Below are positions 10,746 through 24,340 of a stretch of 64,000 nt of DNA, one piece after another. The translations under genes were made by a program, and so were the position numbers. How positions within the stretch are numbered: the first letter of the stretch is position 1; every line of letters starts with the position of its first letter. Source of the DNA: Tubiluchus corallicola (Eukaryota > Animalia > Priapulida); NCBI GenBank assembly GCA_030141605.1, contig JAQGDQ010002366.1:380660-444659 (forward strand). The letters run 5' to 3'. The notes below the pieces were generated by a model. The model did not search any database, was not told where the DNA came from, and saw nothing but the letters and a program-made list of their open reading frames with translations.

Positions 10746-13700
10746 ACCTGATAGTTGGGTCCAGATTATTAACCTGGCTGATAAACTTGTATCTCTTAAT
10801 AATTAATAGTCAAATTACGTTACCATCATTACGGGCGCTGTAGGCAAAGACTTTGTAGAATGTGTAGAACGTTTAAGCATTACTGATTATTGGTGGATGT
10901 TCTTAATAGCGGTTGTTTTGTTGTCATTATCGTTGTCATCATCGCTGTCGATATGGGGTGGTGCGGTATGGGTTGTGATTATGATCATTGTAGGTTTTTG
11001 TGGGATTTGGCTAGTACAATAATATTAATATATCAGCTACTGTAGGAAATGATGTTACGATTCTGAAAATGGAAGAAAATCACTTCACAATTAAAAACAC
11101 GAGCGAGCTTCTAATTATAAAAACAAATGTTTGTAATACAGGTTAAAATACGTTATTTTAATTTATAATATTTTGAATAATCAAAGTTGTACAGCGTACA
11201 GGATATGTTATTGAATGGGTATGTATCGGTGCGATGTCATATGGTGCTATGTCATACTAACTATACATGTTATTCTTATCCTAAATGTTGTGCCAATGGC
11301 GTCTTAAGCTCCAAAATGTGCCAAAAATAATCAACAAAATTACAGGATTAAAATCACATTAATAAGTTCATGACTTTTACTGGACAACAAAGATTGGGTA
11401 ACAAATATATTTTACATAATTTTACTTAATTTTACACACGCGTTTTCTTTATACACGTAATAATATGTAAGACGCTACGGTTGTATTAGCGCCCATAAAA
11501 TATAGTACGTCATTTGCATCTTCTGCTGCTGTTCTTCAGCATCCACGCTCACGTCAAGAAATTAATTATGATTATTGAAGACTTCAAATCGAAATCAGAA
11601 AAAATCTGGCGACAACAGTTCTGTAACGCAAGTAATCAATCTCGCCCGAGAATTCTTTTCCGAAAAGAATAATCGTTCATTAATTACATGATGCCTTTCA
11701 CGAAACACTAATCATCTACTGTTGCATAATTTAGCATTCATTAACGTGTTCGTCTAAATTATCCCTCAGCCTGCGGGTCTCATCGTTATGATATTAAAAC
11801 TCTTGCAGGGCGGACAGCTATAACTTTTGGGGTGCTCTGAAGATGGCGTTTCGTTAAGTTGATATTTGTCTTAAGCAGCGGGCTACTCCATTAATGTATG
11901 TAGTTATCTGTGCTTAACAGCCCTGTTACAGGTGGAAAGTGCACTATACTTTATCTCACAGTGTAAAACCCCTGTATAGAAACAATGGAACTGATGGAAG
12001 AGAGCTGATGAAGAAATTCCATTAGAGCTTCATAAAGTCGCCAGTGACATTTCGCAAGCAAAGAGTATAAGAGATCTGTTTCTACGCAATGAAAAACGCT
12101 TGCAGCATCCTGATCCTGCTGTTGAGAAGCCATGCAGATCTTGTACTGATATGAGCTGGCTTCAGTAATACGCACCATTCTAGCTCATGTACGGCAAAAA
12201 CGATTCTCTTGTGGCACCAAGTCAATGTAGAACTCATAAATCTCTGCACGGCATGAGTTTTACATAATACATACAGCTAATGCCATTATGGCTGAAATAA
12301 AACTTAAATAATATGGTTTGCCAACTTTGCCATCATTGGTAAATAATGTAGTGTCGAGGAAGTGTCAAGCAAAACGAAGAAATGAAGTTAACAGAAATAA
12401 CAAATTTTACTTAAAACATAAAAACTTAAACTGGCTATTAAATCTGGATTACAAGTATAGTTTTATCTACAGAAGTAAATAATTCAATTGGTTCCATTCT
12501 GCGTTAGAACGTGTTCAGCGTGTACAACAAGCTTTATGAACACCTAAATAAATATTCGGAAAATTTGAGTGAGCGGTTACAGCTAGCAATTCATTGTTAT
12601 TCATCATTATTTGTGGATCTCTACAGGAAGTACCGTGAATCCGTGCTTGTGCAATTTGTTTACTATTAGGGTTATAAAAAGTGTAAAAAGTAAGCGTTGA
12701 TAACCGATAAAAGACTACAATTATTCGTAATGTAAAATAACAAAAGAATATAATGAATGGCTTAATAATTTAGCAAACAGGCTATTTTTATAGCCATTCA
12801 TAAATTATATTGCTTTGTGCAATTGTAGTATGTCTTTTTCCATAAAAGTCGTCATGGATCACTAATACTCGCTGAAACACATTTAGTTTGGAAGCAATAA
12901 TGTTTCATCACATTTTTTTAAGTTGAGTGTTTTTTAGCTTAAAACCGTAAAAACTTTTTCATGTTTAGTGTGATATTTGCAAAGAGTCAATGAAAATGTC
13001 AATATTAATCCTCACTAGGTCAAGGTATTTATCAACTTTGATATGCTGCCAGGAAAAATATATTCTTTCAAATTAAGAATACAGATTCGATTCGATTCAA
13101 GCAAGTGTCAAACAAGTAACTACCATGAAGGCGCTAAACTTTTTCTGCAGCCTTGTAGTAAAACAAACTGTTGCATATTAGTATTTGGTAGAAATTTCGT
13201 CTTTGCCACAGCATAAGGACACAAAATCTGAAACATGACGAATAAAATGCAGCGGAAACTAGAGTTCTGTGGCCTGATGATAACACTCTTTCGAATTATT
13301 GATCTAGAAGATTCGGATAGCATTCCGGCTGCGTAGTACATGCAAATAGGTGAAGCAAGCAACAACAAGTGGACTGGGGTGAACTAGTGCCGCCCCCAAT
13401 ATAGCGCCCTGTTGAATAAACGTAGCAAAACAAGTGTTTGAAATTTGGAAGTACTAGGAATGTTAAACGCTATTAAAATGAATACTAATTATTGGGATAT
13501 GGTGTGGTTGAAAAAGATAGCACTGTGGATCACCCCACCATGCAGTATCAAATATTCACGTTACGCTAATTAAATTGAAATTAATAGTTCTTATTTGAAA
13601 TAACCAAGCGAGTGTTTTGAATTGTTCAAAGAAATACTGAATGATAAATGTAATCGAATGTTGCCTAATCCATATATGATTGCAAAAGTAGGGCCAAACA

Positions 13701-15996
13701 TTTGTTTTACGTCGATTAAAAACATACAACTAAAACCTACAAGATATTATATCACCGACGAATAAGTAAAATTATTCAGCTTCAGTTAAAAACTAAAAAT
13801 ACCTGTGCTGTACAATTAAAAGAGACTTAGGGCGTTTTTCTAAGAGATAGTTTTGCATAAGCACATTAGAAAACCTTCATCACGACATAATGTAAAATCT
13901 CAGTTTATAGTTTTCCAAAGATTTTGGTTTTTGAAAAGCACTAGCTTTGGAAGCAGTGTGTGACTTGTTCATGAAGCGATAAAACGAGTTAATTTTTAAA
14001 ATTTAAGTCAGACATAAACATCTGTTAATACAACCACAGAAACCTCTTTAATCGCAGAAGAAATGAACAACGCGGTAATTTGTGGAAGTTGCTAATTGAG
14101 CATCACTTGTTTATTTATGTAAATGAAATCATAGATAACTATTGACGATGGTACTTTTTACTGCTACTGCGTAGCTTACGCAACTAAACTATAATTGATG
14201 CTACACAACTAAACAATGATAATTGATGCCAAGCAACTAAACTATGATAATTAAAAATAAGGAGATAGTTAATCACAAAACGCTACTCCCTTCACTAAGT
14301 TACATACAAATAATTACGCAGATTTCCCAACAAATGAGTGATTAATTCCAAATTCTGGGTGATTATTATTACGTAATTTGATGAAGAGAGAAATGGTTTC
14401 CCGAAATATCATTGTTGTTCATAAACCTTGTTCTGAATAACAATTTCTTAAGTTTTACTGAACGGTGATACTGAAGACATGCAGCACGTAAAATAGTTGC
14501 TATTATTGTTTTAAAGCTTTAAAAGCAAGGAACTCTAAGAACTTCACAAACTGGTTTAAAATAATCGAATTAGATTGATAGATTACCATCATTGTGGATC
14601 AACAAAGGTTACACGGGGGCTCAGCTAAAAATGACATAACGACGAGATCAGGTTTGATTTTTGTGCTCCTTAACTTGAATAATAAGCAAAATTTAATCCA
14701 CGTGGTGATCCAAAATAACCATACACAATAGAGAAGTAATTAAGACTGAAGAACCTCTAAAGTACTAGACCGGCCTCATTAGCGTCATTTCAAATTCAAA
14801 TAGTCGTCCACTTGCGACCACATTCGGTTTCGACCGACTGAACGAATCTTTGTGAATTTGCTAGTTGTTCGTCGTTGCTATTCGTTTGCAACTTAAATAC
14901 TATTGTTTTAACCGTATTAAAATGAACGTGCTTTTCTCGCAGAACAACTAACCATACAACGCCTGTAACGTGACTCAGCTTCATGGCTATGCAAGCAGTT
15001 TCATGCACATGCCAGCAAACATAACAAAAGCTATAGAGCGTGCATGAGGATGAGGGTACTTTGCAATGGCAAAAAATGACTGTTCATAATGCCACCAAAG
15101 GTAAAACAATTTTTTCCTACAAAATGGCCAAGAAAATGACTTCCTTCATTTTTCTTTTGAGGCGCATTCCCATTTTTGTATCTGCTAAAAATTGGAGATA
15201 TAGCTCGAAAAAAACAAGGATTCAATGCTTACGTTACGCTGATTTATCATAACGCACTAAAAATTACCCAAACTAAAAATTATGTACAGTGCATCTTCAA
15301 AACGGTTCTTACAGTAATAAAGTTACTATATAGAGAAATGTCATTTAACGGGATGCAATCTGAGTGTATGATTTGAATTCAATCAAGTTAACCCCAATCG
15401 AGCGAATCTCTCCCCTTTCTTTGTGTGGGCGTTGTAGTGCTCGTCGGGCCCTTCATTCGTCTCAACAACTCCCTGAGTGAACTAATCCCACAAAACACCT
15501 GGTGGTAACAAGATGTTAACACTTTGTTGGCAAAACTGGGTCCCGGGAAGCTCAATTCCAGTTCGTGTCTTATGAGTATTTTTTAAGTGAGATGACGTCA
15601 GAGTTGGCAGTTGGCATGAAAACAGAGGGAGTGCTTGAACTGTGCACCCAGAAATTCAACGATTCAGCTCTCAGGATGTAGCAACATGTCGCACTATAGG
15701 GCATCTCGAATCGTGAGAGTAGCTACTTTGCACTCTGTTATGTGCGTTGTGTTGCCTTGGTAAAGATTTATACCCGTACGACTGTCACTTCTTTACCACA
15801 AAACATACCTTACTGTGGGTACTGAGACTGGTAGGTTTTATTTTTTTATGATTTGCCTTTATACAGAGCTAGGCATATCCCTTTTACAAAGTCCAAAATG
15901 AACCTCGAAATTGACTATGACTATTGTTCTCCAGTCCGCAAAGAACGAACTTTTGTAGGTTATCCACCAGGTAGAAAAAAATGCTACCAAAGTTCG

Positions 15997-16285
15997 TCAT
16001 GGGCTGGCTCCGCACCTGAAGCTCATGGGCTGGCTCCTCACCTGAAGCTCATGGGCTGGCTCCGCACCTGAAGCTCATGGGCTAGCTCCTCACCTGAAGC
16101 TCATGGGCTGGCTCCTCACCTAAAGCTCATGGGCTAGCTCCGCACCTGAAGCTCATGGGCTGGCTCCTCACCTGAAGCTCATGGGCTGGCTCCGCACCTG
16201 AAGCTCATGAGCTGGCTCCGCACCTGAAGCTCATGGGCTGGCTCCGCACCTGAAGCTCATGGGCTGGCTCTGCACCTGAAGCTCA
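15997..16285 (+). repeat. 26-bp minisatellite, ~11 copies (TCATGGGCTGGCTCCGCACCTGAAGC)
   Basis: Head-to-tail copies with only single-base variants and no unique spacers. Confidence 0.95.
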
Positions 16286-19261
16286 AACCTATATCCAGCT
16301 ACCGGCGTCTCTGGCTGCAAATGCGGTGTTTTGTGCTTAAGAATTCCTTTTCTGTTTCAGATTGGAATATGGATTGTGTCCTGTTAATCTACAATCTGCA
16401 GAAGAACCTCAAAGCACTTGAGTGACTCTTGGATATGAAAAACAGTGGTGAAAGAGGGGCCCTCTGAGTTCTCCAAGTTATTGGGATATACTAGTATCCA
16501 AATTGAGTGGATTAAAAGTGATGTGCTTAAGCATCTTTGGGAACTTATCACTCAAACATTGTTGCATGATATGTGAAAATTACCCTAAGCAATTTCGCCA
16601 AAAACTGGACATGTATCTCTGTCCATGTAAAACCTTGAGATGCGTTTAATTGAACATCAATTAGTGGCTTTAAATTATGAACTAAAATCTTTATGTAATT
16701 GAGAACTCTCTTAGGACTTGCCATTTCGTAAAAGTCCATACAGTTGCTCCATTCGTAATTTCTTTTGAGCGGAAAGTAAAACAAGTAAAATAAAAGCAGG
16801 CTGTCAGTGTTAAACTTGAGGCAAATAAAGTGCGCAAAAAGATGCGTAAAATCAACGACATGGCGGACCCATTACACATCATTATGCTTGATTGTTTATT
16901 TATGACCATACAGCTACAAATATTACAGCCGGCTTCTATACACGCAGATGTAGGAAAACACTGGCTAATAATTGATTGGCATAATTGGCAAATGTCAACG
17001 TATATCATTTACCTTGTTGGCAGATGCCTACATCTTTGCATTACTGTTTGCTACAAACTCACTAATGATTTACTTGATACACTCTCAGTGGAATCATAAT
17101 ATCAACTACCGAGTAGCCATGTAATACAACAGGCCTTGTAATGTAATTGGAATCATGTAACTGACTACTAACTATTGTAATTCATTCTGCTGAACTGCTA
17201 ATTGCGTTTCAAGTTTCCATTTGTTTGTATGCATTTAATCCTTGTAGAAACCGCCTAAGACAATAAAATACATCCTAATGTATTAGTAAAGTTCTTTCAG
17301 AATAAAAGATGACAAATGAGAATTAAAGAAAAGGAGGAGAATAAGAGCTTCTCAGAAGATAAGATTATTTTTGTGAAAACGGCCGCAACAGCATCAAACA
17401 AGAGAAAAACTTTAAAACGTACGCAATACTGAAAGCAAACACGCCATAATATTCTATTTTGCCGCTTATGCTTTACTTATATACAGGATCGTTGGCAACA
17501 GCAAAGCAAATCATATTTTCCTACAGTATAAAACAACCAGTCATCTCATAGTTGTGGAAAAATGCTTACTTGTTTTTATTAACTAATTTATGTATCCTTT
17601 TGTTTAACCAAGTCAGCGTGTCACATATTTTCACGTACTTTTTAACTCAGCATTTTTATAAATACAATGGTCATCGATATAAAAAAAGCAAAGCGGATTT
17701 AGAAAATTGTGCGCCTTGCAGTAATTTTAGTTTAAACACCTTAGGTTGCTATGGTCGTCTAGGCTTTATGTTAAGACCGCAAACCTTGTTTTGTATTATT
17801 AATAAAAGAGAATAATTCAGATTCAAACTTACCACAAAGTTTTGCTTTCAAAGATTCGACTCGCGTTCAAATTGGTCTGGTTTCTAACACTCACTTGAAA
17901 TCGCGAAGGAAAATATCCAGATGAATTACTGGGTGTTATTAGCCAGTTTGCGGTAACGTGCAATTTGCAGACGGCCGTCAGCTTCTTGCCGAGGCTGAAA
18001 ATGCGCTGCGCATGCGCAACGAGTGCTCTAAAACAGCTAAAGTGAGGTTTGGTCGTCATTATTGCTCGCGAGAGTCGTAATACTTGTCAGCGGTGAAGCC
18101 ATGAGGCGAAACCATACTGCTGTAGGGTGGAGCTGATAACAGAAACAGGAAGCCGCAATGCTTACTGCGAATGTTTCTCAGAATGTGACAACAATATTCA
18201 AATTAGTGCTCTGTGGATTCAGATGATAAAATTATTTTGCAATCATACTTGCACGATGTTATCCCTAAACAAGTTAGAGTCATGTTTACTACTAAATATG
18301 TTTCCATCAGAGCATACTGGTAAAAATGTTTGACTGATCCTCTCATAATAGATTTTATTTTTAACAGCAGTAATTCTTTATACGTATCATTGCAAGCCTA
18401 GCCCAGCAGATAAGGCCTGGTAAAGGTTGATGTTTGTGGTGTGACAGCAATCTGGAATTAGGCGGAGACCGGTCTAGTCCTATAAGATGAACCACTAAAC
18501 AGTCAGACGTATTTCGACAAGGTAACTAAACAAATTCAAAATAGCTAACAAAAACGTATAGAATGAGTATTGAACATGAATACAAGCGATCAAATCCATT
18601 CACTGATCAGCTTCCTCTCGGCTTATCTTTCGAAGCGAAGCACTTTCTCTTGACCACTGACTAACTCGTCTTACCAAGTTAAGGATAAGGCTTGCTGTTC
18701 TCTTTTAATTTGTGAGTATATGCATAATATAGTTGATAAACGATACTTCAGAGTCGCAAAGTTGAAAATAAGACTTGCTGTTATCTTTTAATTGATGAAT
18801 ATATGCCCAATATGGTCCATAAACTATGCTTCAGAGTTTGAGGCCCTTATTATTTGAACTTGTTGCCGTACCAACTGAGAACTTGCACCAATTTTGATAC
18901 TTTTAAACCCAAATTAAAAACTTTAAAAGCTCATTAATCAGATCATAACTCCACTAACTGAAAAACTGTGAACTAATCGGGACTCGAACCCGAGACTGCG
19001 AAGATCTGGGATAAGAAGTCTGGGAACAGGGTTGGAGATGGGACTGAATGTTTGGGAACGGGTCTGGGGATTTTAGAAGAGTTCGGGATCGAGATTCGGG
19101 GTTCGGAACACAAAAAGTAAGCAATTACGCAAGTAAGCAGAAGTTGGGCATGGGCAAGCAATTTTAATGATGTGGTAAAACGAACCTTGTTTTGTTTGCC
19201 AGCTCCCATAATTTACCGGATGGTGTACGCCATCTATACTCTTATATTAATATTCTTGGTA

Positions 19262-19700
19262 TATATATATATAAGATTCGAGGCTACAGCTTCGACGAGA
19301 GCACCATTTGCGGCGATCTATATATCAAACGAAAGGTCTCGATCTAGTGTCGTGCCATTGATGGTTTATTTTTCGAATCGGGCCCACCGGGAGGAGGGGG
19401 AGGCGAAAAACCTCCAAAAATGCCCCTTTTTCGACCGTTTTTTGCAAAAAATTGCAAAAGTTATACGGCTGAGATGTAGAGAACGGGAACGGGCCGAGGG
19501 TGGTCCTGGGTATGGATAGATAGCCGGTTCAGCGGTGGGTGTAGTAGGCATATTTAGAATTCGCGAGAGGGCCAGGGCGCCCCGCAACGGGCGTTTTCCC
19601 GGACCCAACTCGCGATTTTTTCGAAATTTTGACCAAACAGCCTGCAGAAAAAACGTTCTAGCGTCGCCCGGTGGGACTCTCGGAAGGAGATATACGGCTC
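19262..19700. mobile_element. Non-autonomous transposon-like GC-rich element adjacent to (TA)n; contains copy 2 of the 10612 repeat
   Basis: GC rises abruptly after (TA)n-AAGAT, and the internal 19477-19610 segment is homologous to 10612-10745. Class cannot be determined. Confidence 0.4.
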
Positions 19701-22700
19701 TTTACAAAGAGGAAGGACAGGGCTACACGATGATGTAGGTTATACTTTAGTGCAGGTCCACCGAGAGGGGTATCAACGAGTTAATAAGATGTTCTATTAT
19801 CGACAATTTTCGCCTTAGAAAATTGCTGACGCAAAGGCAGACGCATTCCATTGTGCTGACGTCATCCATTGTGTCTATAACTTTAATTCAGCAAAAAGCT
19901 GCTTTGCAACATACAGTAGGCAGGAGTAAACGCTGCTGGCTTTGCGTTAGGTAAGTAGGCAGGATGTTACGGACTTTACGGGCTTTGTGTTATAAATGAG
20001 GACTGTGTAGGATGTTCGCGTGTTATTGCTTATACGTGGTTTTTTACGCAAAATGTTTTGCGGGGCCTTTGCTAGTTCAGTATTAATATCACTAATGTTG
20101 GCCTTACAAGTTTCCATAAAGCATGAGCAGTTGTGAGCACAGTGGGTCATAAGTACGGCCTAATTTTGTGTTCGGAATAAGTGAGGAATAAAAATTTGCT
20201 TGTTAATGTGTATGTTGTAGAAACAGGTGCTATGATATTAAAAACACTCCTTCCCCTACCCACTGAAACCCACGAAGCCGGCTTCGCAGTGAATCGTACC
20301 ATTACAATGTAGGGGTAGAATGAAAATAAATGGTGTTTCGCCGTTGTAACACTGTCCTCCCCCCATAGAAAATACTATGTCCTCGAACAAAAATGGAGCA
20401 GACAAGGAAGAAAATCTGAGCTGCATAACGCTTAAAGTGCATCTACTAAATACAAAGTTTTGAGCAGTTTAATCTATTTTGCAGTATAAATAAAGAAATT
20501 AGATATGGTTTCAGGCCCGAAGATCTGGTTGCGTCCACGCCAAATTCAGTAGGTAGGTTGGTTCCTGGTAAACTGCATAAAGGTGTCCAGAATGAAATGG
20601 TTATGATGAATGTTTCCCGCTCTACTACACGGGTGGTTTAGCTCATTCGCAAGGACTTGACTAACTCACAAATATTCGCTGACGTTTCATATTCGTCTCG
20701 GATACTCGCAGGTTTGGAAAGTTCTGTGCGTTCCACTACTTGACCGGTCTCACCGGAGGATAGTACTAGAGCAGTTCACTTAGGTAAGCACAGTCGTCCC
20801 TGCTGCCGACTCATCGTCATCCCCGGAAAATGCAGACACGATGAGGCACATGGGTCTACGAAACTCGTTTTCGTACATATAGCTACCCCGATAACAAATT
20901 AACACCAGCAATTGTGGCACAAGTTAAAATAGCAATCCATTGCTGCTATTGCCATTGCAAACTGCGCCATCTGTAGAAATACTCCGTCGTATTCAAAAAC
21001 CGATTCTTTACAAGAAGAAAATGAAGAGACTATCCTCGCTCTTGATACTGAGAGCCACCGTGAAGCAGGTATAGATAACTCGTGCCGTAAAAGTTATCGA
21101 GAACTTGGAAGCATGACTGAACGTGTTGTACAAATCTCGCAGTAATTGGCGACGTTGTTGGTGACGTACTTCACTGTGCTGAGGTACTTCACGTCTCTAT
21201 ACCTGGTGAGTAAACAAGGTGAAGTTGTCGATTTAAAAACTCGCCAGGTACCTAATTCATTACACTCCATGCTGGCTGTCATTGCGGAACAGGTGCTAAA
21301 TGGAATATGCACCGTCAGCCTACTGAACCGACGGCACCATTCCATGGCAATAGTTTTATATGTGGCATTTATATGCGCTACTATGTAATGGCTTCGTAAT
21401 GACGAGACCACCAGAATGTTGAGGGAGGGTTGAAAATAAATGGCATTTCGCCCCAGTAACACTATTAAAGTTTGATTTTGATTTTATTCTTTCGAATATT
21501 TTATATTATATTTTATATTTATATTAACCTTTCTAGCGTTTATAATTTTTCTAACATTTGTGTTAGCACAGTGTATATAATCAAATTAACTATACATAAG
21601 TAAAGCGAAAACGTATTAAATTAGTAAGGACCGAAACGTACTAGAAATTATACAGGCTTCTAATCTGTTAATGCATATCAGGCATTATGAAAAAATTATA
21701 GCCAAGTTCTGACGAGTGCAGTTTTCACTAGCCAATAAATATCTTTGGGTCAGCAACCTGTTTCCTTGCATGGAGCACATAGAAAAAGATGTATGTCAGA
21801 AAACTGTTATTCCACATAGTTTTTTAATCCTGCCTTCTTAATCTCAGGCAGGGACTGTCATGAATTAGCGAGAAGACTCAAAATGCCGTTTATTACAATA
21901 TTTCGTAATTATCTTAAACTGATTTCACAGTATACACTGTAAATAGGTATAGGCCTATTTTTAATTTGGTACACCCGCATTAGACTGGGAGAACACAATC
22001 GTGTGGTAGAGGACAAGAATTTGGGTCTATCTCAACTCTGAAGTAACTTTTTTATCACTTTTTTTATCCCCTTTCTTTATCCCCTTTATCTTGTGTGTAA
22101 ATAGTAATCACTTTATACCACTTTTTAATCACGTTTTTTCATCTGTGTGATACATAATAGCTAACTCTGTAGTAGACACGATTTTAATCTCTGTAGTAGA
22201 CACGATTAAAGCTCTGTATTGCCTGACTCCTTTGCTTCAAACATTCACCTACACATAGTAACTAAAAAGGTAATTTTAATGATATATTTACATTTTATTT
22301 TAATTCATTGTGTCTAATTATAGGAGTTATATATTTATAAATCATCGTTCCTTTACAAACAGGGGAAAATAAACGAAATTTTTGTAATTCTAATTGCAGA
22401 TGGCAGCACCACATTCACGTGCCTCATGGTAGCGTGCTTGTTCATAGCGCTAGTTTTGGTGTTTGGAATTGACGTAAAACACACGTATTAATCGTAGAGA
22501 CAGTTACTTTGATGTTATTCTGAGTATCTCGTGCTTAGTTTAATAGGACAATCGCTTTCCTAATCACGTTGAAAAACACGTACAACTTTTACAGAAGTCA
22601 GTATGGGTAGTTTACAGCTTATCGTTCTTGCCTTGGATTAATAACGTAATGCATTGTCAGATTTCCATTATTTTTAGGATAGGGTTTTTTACATATGCGC

Positions 22701-24340
22701 CGTTGCGAAAACCGACCTACCAAGCAGTCTAAGCACCTAAACAGTTGCAGTATGGGTTGTTGTTCAGGCGCGTGTGACATTTTGCAGCAGTTAGTTTTAG
22801 TCGAAGACCTTAACGTAGTCTTGGAGCAGACTGGAGTAACTTCAAGATGTATTAGGTCGTTTCACCTCGAGCATGTGTAATGTCTGAAAGTGCGAAAAAT
22901 TATTAATCTCCATTTCTTGTTATATATACGTTAATTATAATTCATAATTTATTTTTGGTTAGGCATATAATATGTTGGCAGAATACAAATGGGCAGCATT
23001 TGAAAAAGAAAAATTATTGCATTGTTTCAGTCTGTTGTAATTTAAGTGGAAGATGGGGAAGTGGTTGATTAAGTTAATAAGCAAATAAAAGTAAAAGTTG
23101 TTAAGTGTTAGTTTACTGAAGGTTATTATCAGTAAATCTTAAAAAAAACTATTAAACCTACTCTCAACAGCATTTACTGTATTTTAATATGTATACAATA
23201 ACAAAAAATATTGATATTACCACAAAATATATGTGCTGAAAATGCATTGCTTAAAAATGTAAAAGAAATTTATTTTTTTCTTATTTTCCGCCAAATGAAT
23301 CTTGCTGTGAAAAAAGAACATAAGCTGGTGGACTACTTGAACGTTGTGAAGGTACGTGTAGCAAAACTTCTGCAGTTCACTCAGAAATTTCGCTATTCTA
23401 GCATTGTGTTTTACTGTGTTTATGCAAAAATTAGTCATTGAATCAATTATTGACAACTTTAAAGTGCATACATAGTTTTAATACACAGGATTATACCTTA
23501 AAATGTGTAAGTACTGTAATGTGTACATAATTTGTACATGTGTATATTGTTTGCTCAAGCACCTGGCATAAGTGTTCATATATATTTTTTGTTCAAAATG
23601 AGCATGCCCATGTTTGAAGTGATCACAACTTTAAACTTGATTTTACTAATTACACTCGTGAGTTGCTTTTCACAATTTTTCTCAAGTCTTAAATTAATCT
23701 TAACTTCCCGAAAGACAGCCTTTCCTTTTAACTAACTGTACAATTTGCATTGAGAAAATCAAAAATGTGCAACTAAACATGATTTTACTATTTTTATCCA
23801 TGAATAATTAAGCAGTTACCTGTGTTTACTTTTCATGACTTATTTCTGCAAAATGGATACTACACTAGAATTGGCAACATTGTAAACTGTGCAATTAACA
23901 TTCTGTGTGACATCCCTTGGCAATCTGCACTTTTTGTGATGCTTATGTTATCATCCTGTCATTCTTTCTTAAAGAGATGCTTGCACCTGAAATATTACTA
24001 ATTAATTGTACTCTTGCATATAATTTTTTTTGTAACATAGAGATAAGTGCAGTGTTATCCAAGATGATGTCTGAAATTAATTGTTTAAGATTTGCTAGTG
24101 TATCCGAAATTTCTAACAAATTATTAAGAGCGAACATTGACATAATTTATGATATATGGAGCTTTATATTATCTGTAGATACTGTGTCCTTAATTTTAAA
24201 ATAGCATTGTATTGTCTATCATTATCCTTTAGACTCCATTGTAGTTTATGATATTTTTTCAAGATTTTTAGTGAAGTTAATTGAAGATTTTGTTATTAAT
24301 GCAGGTGATGTGAATTTTTTCAGGTAGCCAAAGTGTTAAA

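Noticed and set aside
11951-12260. Coding-like minus-strand stretch
   Set aside because: No frame gives a recognisable domain or a consistent splice pattern.
15997-16285. CRISPR-like regular array
   Set aside because: Units are contiguous with no unique spacers, there are no cas genes, and the context is eukaryotic; it is a minisatellite.
21706-21735. CTGACGA-GTG...CAC hammerhead candidate
   Set aside because: Stem II is followed by TAG rather than GAAA, so the core is incomplete.
22394-22412. CTCF-like motif TGCAGATGGCAGCAC upstream of SDS
   Set aside because: A single short motif with similar matches elsewhere in the window; cannot be supported without binding data.
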